A DNA stretch of 32,000 bases from Candidatus Saccharimonadota bacterium (GTDB taxonomy: Bacteria > Patescibacteriota > Gracilibacteria > BD1-5 > UBA6164): positions 30,001-62,000 of the forward strand of contig OY782392.1 in assembly GCA_963677765.1 (NCBI GenBank), given 5' to 3'. The notes below the pieces were generated by a model. The model saw only the letters and a list, made by a program, of their open reading frames with translations, was not told where the DNA came from and did not search any database. Numbering within the stretch: position 1 is the stretch's first letter; every line of letters begins with the position of its first letter. A program made the position numbers and the translations under genes. This document shows, piece after piece, positions 12,232 to 23,269 of the stretch.

Positions 12232-12981
12232 ATGATACAAATTATAAAAAATCTATTAGCAGAAATAACTATAAACAAAAAAAATAAAAATAAATTAAAA
12301 GAAATTATAAATAAGTATAGAATTTTAATTCAAGCTAAAAATTCAAGATATAAAAAAATTGCAGAAAGTTATTTAAATGATATAGAAGAGGATATAAACA
12401 ATAACATAGAAATAAATATAGATAGTAGTAGTAATGATGAATATTTAGAAAATTATTTTATATCAAAAAGACAAGCTGAAATATATAATAGGTTAATAGA
12501 CAAGGATATATACTTAGAATTAATAAGTTTATTAAAAGAAAAAAAATTAAATAAATCTAAAATAAATGAAAAAAACAAAAAGTTAATAGAGAATTTTAAC
12601 AAATACTATAAACTATTATCAGCTAATAAAATTGCAAAAAATTTACTTATTTTTAATACCATTAAAAAAGAAAATAACTATGAATACTATTATAGATTAG
12701 GTGCTTTATACAATAATTACCAAATGCATGAAGAAATAAAAACAATAAATCAAATTATAAATAAAATAAATATATTAAATTCAAATGTTTATAATTATTG
12801 AATACAAAATCTAAAAAATAATTCTTTTAATTATAAGTATTTACACTTTAAGAAGACATGAGAAAACTATGAAATATGAGATATGGTTATAGATTCAAGC
12901 ATTGTTAATTACAGGACATGATTAGCAAAATTTGAATATAAAATAGCATTAAAAAAAATAAAAAAGATAGATTATAATTAA
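12232..12981 (+). CDS. Hypothetical Lys/Asn-rich (coiled-coil-like) protein
   Basis: The ORF-track entry 12232-12801 stops at a TGA. Read as Gly, the frame continues to TAA 12979-12981 (249 codons). Confidence 0.5.
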
Positions 12982-12990
12982 TCTATCTTT
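12963..12990. terminator. Bidirectional intrinsic terminator shared by convergent genes
   Basis: 12-bp stem aaagatagatta/taatctatcttt with a 4-nt loop, an A-run on one side and a T-run on the other. Both convergent stop codons (12979-12981 plus strand, 12978-12980 minus strand) lie inside it. Confidence 0.6.
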
Positions 12991-13529
12991 TTATAAACTT
13001 GAAAACTATACTCAATTCAATTTTCTTCTTCATAATCAGTATAACTTTCTAAAACAAAATTATTAGGTATTCCGTCAAAGAAAACATCACAGTTAAAATC
13101 TCATTTTACTCTAGTAATATATATTTTATCTAATAACTCATTATCTAAAACATAATTATAAAGCATAGCTCAACCTATAACAAATATATTTTCAATATTA
13201 TCCTTTGATTCTAATTCACTTATACAATGTTCAAAACTACTAAAATAAAGAACGAAATCATCGATTTTTGATCATATATCACTATTTTTTAAATCATGAC
13301 TAAGTACACAATTAACTCTATCATTTAATGGTTTAAATTTACTAGGAATAGAATTCCATGTATTTTTTCACATTATAACAGCATTATGTTTTGCTAAATC
13401 TGTAGTTTTTGTAGTTATATTTTTGAAATATTTTAAATCACTTGGTAAATTCCAAGCCAAATCTCAACTAACTCAAATTCAATTTTTTTCATCAACTGCT
13501 AATATTAAATTAAATTTTATATTATTCAT
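12978..13529 (-). CDS. folA: Dihydrofolate reductase
   Basis: 183 aa. MNNIKFNLILAVDEKNGIGVSGDLAWNLPSDLKYFKNITT...AVIMGKNTWNSIP...VIGGAMLY are classic DHFR motifs. It lies immediately downstream of thyA on the same strand. Confidence 0.85.
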
Positions 13530-13547
13530 ATTATATTATTTTATTAA

Positions 13548-14474
13548 CTAAACAGCAACAGGAGCTTTTATAATTCAATGACTTTTATATCAAACAAGTT
13601 CAAAATCCTCCCATTCTAATTTTTCAATATCTTCAAGAGTTTTTATATCTTTCAATATTTTTAATTCTGGTAATGGATAAGGTTTATTTGATAGTTGTTC
13701 ATTAACCTGATCAATATGATTATTATATATATGAGCATCTCATAATGTATGAGTAAAAACTCATGGTTTTAATCAAGTTATTTTAGCAACAAGTAACAAT
13801 AAAGTTGAATAACTAGCTATATTAAAAGGAACTCATAAAAACATATCAGCACTTCTTTGATATAATTGTAAATTTAATTTATTATTTGTTGTATCAACAT
13901 TAAATTGAAAAAAAGCATGACAAGGAGGTAATAACATATCGTCTAATTGAACAGGATTCCATGCTGAAACAATAATTCTTCTATTTGTAGGATTATTTTT
14001 TATTTGTTCAATAGCATTCTTAAGTTGATCAACTCATTGGCTATTAAAATTCCTCCATTGATGTCAATAAACTGGTTATAATTCTCACCACTTTTTAACA
14101 AATGAATCATTTTCATCTAAGTTTTTTATTTTATCTGCAAAATTAGCCTTTTCAGTATACCGTTTATCACTATAAATAGGGAAGTCATCATTTAAACCAT
14201 TTGAATCCAAATAATTCTGAAAAGGCCACTCATCCCATATATGACAATTTCTATCAACTAAATATTTTATATTAGTATCTCATCTTATTAACCATATTAA
14301 TTCTACAATTATTATTCTTAAGAAAGTTTTCTTAGTAGTAACAAGAGGGAATCAATCATCTAAATTATATTTAGCTTGCATACCAAATATTCATCTAACT
14401 CATGTACCTGTTCTATCATCTTTTCAAATACCATTATCTCTAATTTCTTTTAATAAATCCAAATATTGTTTCAT
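13548..14474 (-). pseudogene. thyA: Thymidylate synthase (ThyA, long form with insert) interrupted by one in-frame TAA; a possible sequencing error or polymorphism
   Basis: [31 protein letters not shown]...KKWGEL[TAA]PVYGHQWRNF...[14 protein letters not shown]...[10 protein letters not shown]...[19 protein letters not shown]...[10 protein letters not shown] checked every triplet of the frame. The only internal stop is at 14076-14078 and the terminal TAG is at 13548-13550. Confidence 0.85.
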
Positions 14475-14612
14475 AAAAAAATATTTAATATATATATTAA
14501 TACTAATATAAAAGAAAAATATTTTTTTTCAAAAATAAATCTTTTTCTTTTGCAAAAAACAGGTTTTTAATTAGAATAATTCTCACTTAGATTTAATTTA
14601 TTATTAAAAGAA

Positions 14613-16489
<1,877 letters not shown>

Positions 16490-16490
<1 letters not shown>

Positions 16491-16523
16491 AAAGCTATAA
16501 AAATTAGCTTTTTATTTTTTTTT
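16490..16523 (+). terminator. Intrinsic terminator
   Basis: Stem aaaagcta/tagctttt with a 7-nt loop, followed by a long T-run. Confidence 0.6.
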
Positions 16524-16562
16524 ATATAAAATAACCTTCAAATATTAGATAATTAAATACAT

Positions 16563-16916
16563 ATGTTTAAAAACATAAAATCATTCTTATGAATAGAAAA
16601 AAAAGAAAATAATGAAAACTGAAATGAAAATGAAGATCTATTTATGAAAGAAACTGAAGAAGTAAGAGAAAAAATTAAATTATTATTAATTGAAAAATGA
16701 GATGCTTTTAAAAAAGCTGAACATTATATAGAAGATGATACATTAAATCTATCAAATGAAGAATATCAAAACTTTTTAGATTTCTGTAAAAATAATTGAA
16801 TTAATATAGATATAACATGATTTAATAAAAATAAACATATATTAACAAGATCTATAAAGACAAAAGATAAAAGTTTAACAATAATAATAAGAGAATTATT
16901 AATTAATAAAATATAA
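16563..16916 (+). CDS. Hypothetical protein
   Basis: 117 codons open with TGA as sense. I recognised no motif. Confidence 0.45.
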
Positions 16917-16918
16917 AA

Positions 16919-17536
16919 ATGCACGATATAATTGAAATAATAAAAAATTTTTTATGAAATATAGGTTACTTTGATATATTTATAATGATGGTCTTAGAAT
17001 CTAGTTTTTTTCCTTTCCCAAGTGAGGTAGCTATGATACCTGCATGATTTTTAGCTAGCACATGAAAATTAAATTTTTTCATAGCATTAATAGCATGAAC
17101 TACATGAGCATTAGTTTGAGCTACAATAAATTACTTATTATGATATTATTTATGATGAAAAACAATTAAATTAATGATACATAAATATGGTAAATATTTT
17201 TTAATCAAAGAACATCATTATGAAAAAAGTGAAAAATACTTTGAAAAACACTGATCAATAACTACATTCTTAGCTAGATTTATAACAGTGGTTAGACAAT
17301 TAATAAGTCTACCCGCTTGAGTCTTTAAAATGAATTTTACCAAATTTTTTATATATACAGGTTTATGAGCATGATTATGGAATCTAATACTAATGGTAAT
17401 ATGATATATTGCAGCGGAAAATCAAGAATTAATTGAAAAATATACTAAAGAACTATTAATTTGAAGCATAGTATTTGTAACTATAATTTGATATATTTAT
17501 TACAAAAAAAATCAAAAATGAAAATTGAACAAATAA
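16919..17536 (+). CDS. DedA family membrane protein
   Basis: The translation reads [32 protein letters not shown]...FLARFITVVRQLISLPAGVF, which are DedA/SNARE-associated motifs. It runs through the TGA at 17519-17521 to TAA 17534-17536. Confidence 0.8.
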
Positions 17537-18903
17537 AAAAAGCTAAAAATATAGCTATACTTTGATTTTGAAAAGAAGGGAAGTCTAATTTAAACTTCCT
17601 TTTAAAAATTTGAATAAAAAAAGAGAATATAACGATATTAGATAAAAACAATATAGAGGGGATTGATACTGTAAAAACAATATATTGAGATGATTATCTA
17701 GAAAACTTAGATGTTTATGATGTAATAATAAAATCACCATGAATATCTCCATATAAAAAAGAGTTGATAAATTATTATGATAAAATAATCACTCAAACTA
17801 GTATATTTTTTGACAACAAAGGGGATTATAAGATAATATGAGTTACAGCCACAAAATGAAAATCAACTACTGTTAGCTTATTAGAAAAATTATTATCGAA
17901 TTCATGATTAAAAATAAAACTCGTATGAAATATTTGAACACCAGTACTAGAAGAAATAGATATTATAAATCATAAAGATAATTATGACTTCATAATTTAT
18001 GAACTTTCAAGCTATATGCTAGAAAACCTTGAGCCAGAATGTGAAATATCGATTTTAGGGAATATATACAAATGTCATTTGGATTGGCATAATAATGATT
18101 ACAACACATATATAAAAGCAAAAACAAATATATTAAAAAATAGTAGATACAAATTAATAGGTTCAGACTTCCCTAATTTATGAGAAAATAAATCTAATGT
18201 TCAATTTTTTTGAACACATTGATATTATAAATTTGAATGAAATAATTTTCTTATCTGAGATAATATATATTATAAATGAAATATATGATTAAAATGAGAA
18301 CATAATAAAAAAAATATATCTTGAGTTATATGAGTTATGGATATTATTAATAATAATTATAAAAAAATAAATATAGAAGAATCTCTGAATTACATATTAC
18401 CAAAATTCAAATGACTATCTCATAGACTTGAAGATATATGAACATATAACTGAATAACTTTTATTGACGATGGTATATCAACAACACCAGAAAGTACAAT
18501 AGAAGCTATCAATACATTTGAATGAGAAATAAGTTCAATATTATTATGATGATGAGATTACTGATTTACTAGAGACTCATATAATTTATTAATAAATAAA
18601 ATTATAGATAACAATATATCTAATATAATATTATTTCCAGATACATGATTAGATATATTTAATTTAAAATGAAAATATAAACTATGAGATATTTTTAAAT
18701 TTAATATAAAAAATAAAGATATAAATTTTTTATACACAGACAAAATGGAGTCAGCTATAAAATTTGTATACAACAATTCTAAACCTGGAAAAATATGTTT
18801 ATTATCATGTGCAGCACCAAGTTATTCATTATGGAGTTGATATGAAGAAAAATGAAAAGACTTTATAAATAACATAAGAAAACTGGAAAATAAATATAAT
18901 TAA
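17518..18903 (+). CDS. murD: UDP-N-acetylmuramoylalanine--D-glutamate ligase
   Basis: 461 codons. The N-terminus is ILGFGKEGKS. The Mur ligase P-loop is IIGVTATKGKSTT. HRLE...FIDDGISTTPEST matches the MurD family. Confidence 0.85.
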
Positions 18904-18941
18904 TTTATTAATTTATGATTAATTAATCATAAATTAATAAA
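18904..18941. repeat. 38-bp perfect palindrome (19-bp arms) directly after the murD stop
   Basis: tttattaatttatgattaa|ttaatcataaattaataaa, verified base by base. Each arm has one G:C pair. Confidence 0.9.
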
Positions 18942-18977
18942 AAAGAGCTTAAAACGCAAAATTTTAAGTTTTACTTA

Positions 18978-19008
18978 AATAATGGCTATATATAGCCATT
19001 ATTTTTTT
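18978..19008 (+). terminator. Intrinsic terminator (murD side)
   Basis: Palindrome aataatggctata|tatagccattatt followed by a T7 run. Confidence 0.7.
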
Positions 19009-19166
19009 ATCTAATAATAGTTTATTAATAATTAAGCTGAATAAATATATAAATACAAATTAATCAAAGCTATATAAATAAAAATAAATATTATTAAATA
19101 ACAAATAATAATAAAAATTAATAAAAAATAATAAATGAAATCACTTCTTCAAAAATACATTATATT

Positions 19167-19194
19167 AATACACATAAGTTACATTATGTTAACT
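19167..19194. other. Candidate dif-like Xer recombination site
   Basis: aatacacataa-gttaca-ttatgttaact compared with E. coli dif GGTGCGCATAA-TGTATA-TTATGTTAAAT. The right arm matches 10/11 and the left arm 7/11 (CATAA core), with a 6-bp spacer. It lies in the 377-bp non-coding gap between convergent murD and pilT. Confidence 0.35.
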
Positions 19195-19240
19195 ATCTTA
19201 TATTAATATATTTAATACTCTATTTATAGATAACAAATAA

Positions 19241-19271
19241 AAAAACAATTTCATTTAATGAAATTGTTTTT
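19241..19271. terminator. Bidirectional intrinsic terminator (pilT side)
   Basis: 14-bp stem aaaaacaatttcat/atgaaattgttttt with a 3-nt loop, an A-run upstream and a T-run downstream. Confidence 0.7.
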
Positions 19272-19280
19272 TTATGTTTT

Positions 19281-20279
19281 TTAATCAATTAATCATTTCT
19301 CTCTAAGTTCTTCTAAATTTGATTCCATTGTATACATTCAGTCTGCCTTACCTGTTTCAATAGCTCAATCAATTTGATGTAAAGCTCATTTTCTAATCAT
19401 ATTTTTTATACTAGTATTGTTAACTAATAATTCTGATGCTAACACTCTTGATTTTCATTTTTTTGTTTTAACAAGATCTTGCCATATTATTCATATTAAT
19501 GAATCTGCAAGTTGAGATCTTATATGATCTTTTTCATCTCATGGAAACATATCTATAATTCTTGCTATAGTTCTAGCTGCTCAAGATGTATGCAATGTAG
19601 CAATTACAAGATTTCATGTTTCAGCAGCCCTAAGTGCTAATCTAAAAGTTTCTAAATCTCTCATTTCTCAAATCATTATAACATCACTAGCTTGTCTTAA
19701 CGCGTATTTTAAACCATTTTCAAAGCTTTTTGTATTAAGTCCTACTTCCCTTTGCTCAATTAATGATTTATTACTATTAAATATATATTCTATAGGATCT
19801 TCTACAGTAACGATATGCTTTGACATATTATTATTTATAATTTCTAGCATTGTTGACATTGTAGTAGATTTTCATGATCATACAGAACCAGTAACAAGAA
19901 TTAGTCAATTTTTCTTTTTTACAAATTTAACTAATTGTTTTGGAAGCATTAAGTCATCAAAGCTTGGAAGTTCTTTTTTTATAGGTCTAAAAACTACACC
20001 AACTCAATTTCTAGTATAAAAAACATTTACCCTAAATCTTGTATATCATTTTAAATCAATAGAAAAATCTAATTCTAAATTATCCCTAAGCATACTTCTC
20101 TGTTTTTCATTCATTATAGAAAAAAGTTCTCAAGATAAAGTATTATGAGAAAATTCTTCATATTCATCTAAATAAACTATATCTCAATATATTTTTAATG
20201 ATGGTTTAGATCAAGAACTAATTATTATATCAGAAGCATCTCTTTCTAATGCAACTTTTAGTATATCGCTTAATAACAT
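19281..20279 (-). CDS. pilT: Type IV pilus retraction ATPase PilT
   Basis: 332 aa. DASDIIISSGSKPSLKIYG is followed by Walker A LILVTGSVGSGKSTT, where two Gly are TGA. Further motifs are VEDPIEYIF, ALRQASDVIMIGEMRDLETF and TGNLVIATLHTS. The ORF track recovers only a 63-aa internal piece. Confidence 0.9.
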
Positions 20280-20359
20280 TAATAAAAAATTAAAAATAAA
20301 TTTAACTTATAATAACATATATATATAATTAAATCAAAATAATCAATTAATAATAAAAA

Positions 20360-20752
20360 ATGATTAATAATAAAAAATGATTTACAATATTAGAAATAAT
20401 AGTAGCTACTTCTATATTAACAATTTCTGTATTTTGAGTATATAAATTAATATCTGAAAATAATAAAATTATTAATAATTCAAATATATATTTAAATACA
20501 ACGATGTTAATTCCAAGCATTGAAAATTGTATAAAAAATATTGAACCTAGTTTATGAGTAAAACATTATTTTGATTTTTGAACTAATTATGAAGAATGTA
20601 ATATTTTAAATAATGAAGTAATAAATACTATAGATAATATAGAATACGTAATATCTGCTGAATGAACTAATACACCAATATGAAAAAGATGGGAAATTAT
20701 TATATATTCTGATAATACATGAAAAGTAGAATCAATTTTTTTACAAAAATAA
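20360..20752 (+). CDS. Type IV pilin/pseudopilin with class III (prepilin) signal peptide
   Basis: MINNKKG|FTILEIIVATSILTISVFGVY is a canonical G-1/F+1/E+5 prepilin peptidase site plus a hydrophobic helix. The G-1 codon is TGA at 20378-20380. It is divergent from pilT. Confidence 0.75.
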
Positions 20753-20782
20753 AAATAGTGAAGCTGCAACCCTTCCCTATTT

Positions 20783-20932
20783 TTATATAATTTGAACTAA
20801 TTCTTCTTTTTCAGATGAAGTCATATATCATAAATACTTCATAAAACTTATTTTTTCAGAATCAGTCATAACATTTGATGAAGATATTTTATCTAATACC
20901 CCTTCATCTAATTTAAATTTTTTGTTTTGCAT
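20783..20932 (-). CDS. Small hypothetical ORF (49 aa)
   Basis: MQNKKFKLDEGVLDKISSSNVMTDSEKISFMKYLGYMTSSEKEELVQII. It fills an otherwise empty gap but has no homology basis. Confidence 0.25.
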
Positions 20933-21056
20933 ATCTTAAATCTTATATAATTAATATTATTTTGTGAAAGTGATTTAAGAATACATATATATTATTCCAT
21001 ATATTTACAATATTGTCAAAAAATACTTTACTTTTTATTAAAATTATTTATAAAAT

Positions 21057-21545
21057 ATGATTATACTATGAATTGACCCGTGAACAACAACTGTATGATT
21101 TGCGATAATTGAGAAAAATTGATGAAATATTAAACTTTTAGATTATTGAATTTTTAAAACAACACCTAAAATACCAATTGAGGATAAATTATTAGAAATA
21201 TGAAATGATATAGTACATATAATAAAAACTAATAAACCTGATTTAATAGTTATAGAAAAGATTTATTTTCAATCAAATATTAAAACAGCAATTGATGTAT
21301 CTCAAGCTAGATGAGTAATTATATATGAATCAATAAAAAATAATGTAAAAATAATTGAATACACCCCTCTTCAAGTTAAAAAAGCTATAACATGAAACTG
21401 AAAAGCAAATAAACTACAATTACAAAATGCCATAAAAATATTATTCTGAATGGAAAAAATACCTAAGCCTGATGATGCTGCTGATGCAATATGAATGGCT
21501 TATATGTGAGCATTAAATAGTAATTTAATTAATAATTGACTATAA
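21057..21545 (+). CDS. ruvC: Crossover junction endodeoxyribonuclease RuvC
   Basis: MIILGIDPGTTTVGFAIIE...PDLIVIEKIYFQSNIKTAIDVSQARGVI...EYTPLQVKKAITGNGKANK...PDDAADAIGMA. By my count all 14 glycines are TGA and there is no in-frame GGN. Confidence 0.9.
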
Positions 21546-21593
21546 AATATTAAATATGATATAATATATAAAATGTAATTAAATATATATTAT

Positions 21594-23207
21594 ATGGAAT
21601 TTATAAAAAAATATTTTGAAGAAGAACTGCATCCTGAAGAAAAAATTAGTGATGCTGTTTTTTTGTGAGAAATAAATGATAAATCAAAACTTTTTTTAGA
21701 AGAAAAATTACTTAACCTAAAAAATGATTGATTACTCGAGGATTATGAAAAAGAATACATAAATAAACAAATAGACTACCATATAAAATTTAATAATACT
21801 GTAGATGAATTTGAAAATAATAAAAATTATATTAGTAGTAAATCAAAAAATGAAATAAAAAAATTAATAGATGAGATGAACTCCCAAAGCTTATCTATAA
21901 ATGAAATTAATTTTTTAAAAGAAAAAATTAATACATCTAAAGAATTATTAGAAGATAGATTTTTTTGAAAAAATATAAGAAGTTTAGTAGAAGAAAGTAT
22001 AGATGTTTCATGAGAGTTGGAATCAGTAATATCAAATGATAAAATAGATAAGTTTTATGAATTATTTAGTTTATATTATATTAATTTATTAGAATCAAAT
22101 TATAATAAAGAAGAGATTAGTAATATAATTAAAAATTGATGAAAAGAACTTCTAATATGAGAAACTTTATCAGAAAAATTAATACAAAAAATAATAGTAG
22201 AAAATTATAATTCCATGAAAAATTTTAGCTATAAAATTGCTTTAAATTTATCATGATGAAAAATAAAAGTCATTAATGTATGAAATACAATAAAATCATT
22301 AGAAAAAGCTAGTAGTAAAATATATAAAATTGAATTGCTGGAAAAATTTATAACTTGAGATAATAGCAAAACTGTAGAGATTAATAAACTTCTATGATTA
22401 GATATTGATAATAATGAAGAATTATTAAAAGTATATTGTGAATACTTAATTGAATCCAGGATTGTTTCAAAATCTAAGTTATTAAGTATATTTGAAGAAA
22501 ATCAAAATAACTTTAATTATCTAGATTTTTTAAATAATTATGGATTTACAGAAGAATCAGAAAATACATACAAAGATATGATACAAAGAGAATTATTATG
22601 AACAAGAATATGATGACAAAATATAACATTAGATCAAAAGTATATAAACTCAAATTATAGAGCTATAATAAATAATTTCGAAGTGTTTACAAAAATAATA
22701 CTTGAAGTTGAATCATCTTGAAAAAATGCATCAAATAATTCATGAAGTTCAGCTAGATGATATTTTCAATATATGACTTGAAATAATTGAAATAATTGAA
22801 GGGCTCAAGGAAAGTTTAGCTCATTAGAGACTGCACTAAGAAGATATTATATAGAATATAGCTGAAAAACAAATATTCCAAACAATAATTTAGAGCATCA
22901 TGAATTAGTACCAAACTGGATAGTAGATTTCTATAATAGTAATAATTTAGATACAAGAGATTTAACGGCACAACAACAAAATGATTTATTCATAATTGAT
23001 TTATTTAATAATAACAGAACAATCAAAAACTCTGCATGAAATAGAGTTTGAATAAATGATTTTTTATGACTTATAGCTATTTGAAATGTCTGGTGAATAA
23101 AAAATGCTTATAAGATTTTTCATCATACAAGTACAGATAGTCTTACAGATCAAGTATTAAATAGAGTAGTTAATAAATATCAAAAAGAATTAGTCAAATT
23201 AGACTAA
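21594..23207 (+). CDS. Hypothetical protein with C-terminal lytic-transglycosylase (SLT)-like motif
   Basis: 537 codons. The C-terminal LEVESSGKNASNNSGSSARGYFQYMTGN resembles the SLT catalytic E-S ... S-x-A-x-G-x-x-Q signature. I did not recognise the N-terminal ~400 aa. Confidence 0.55.
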
Positions 23208-23215
23208 TTCTTTTT
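23182..23215 (+). terminator. Intrinsic terminator (stop codon inside the 3' arm)
   Basis: 14-bp stem aaaaagaattagtc/gactaattcttttt with a 6-nt loop. Confidence 0.7.
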
Positions 23216-23269
23216 GATATTTTATATTTTTAAATAAAATAAAAATAATAATTTATTAAAAATAATGCC

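Noticed and set aside
12232-12801. ORF-track end of the 189-aa ORF at TGA 12799-12801
   Set aside because: TGA is sense here. The frame continues 60 codons to TAA 12979-12981, which sits inside a strong bidirectional terminator hairpin.
13548-14474. Reading the internal TAA of thyA as evidence that TAA is also recoded
   Set aside because: TAA terminates 25 of the 27 genes in the window at positions consistent with protein family lengths and terminator hairpins. A single exception is better explained by a TGA-to-TAA transition or a sequence error.
19135-19206. 23-codon ATG ORF (MKSLLQKYIILIHISYIMLTILY) inside the murD-pilT gap
   Set aside because: It is too short, has no supporting signal, overlaps the dif-like site, and is expected by chance in AT-rich DNA.
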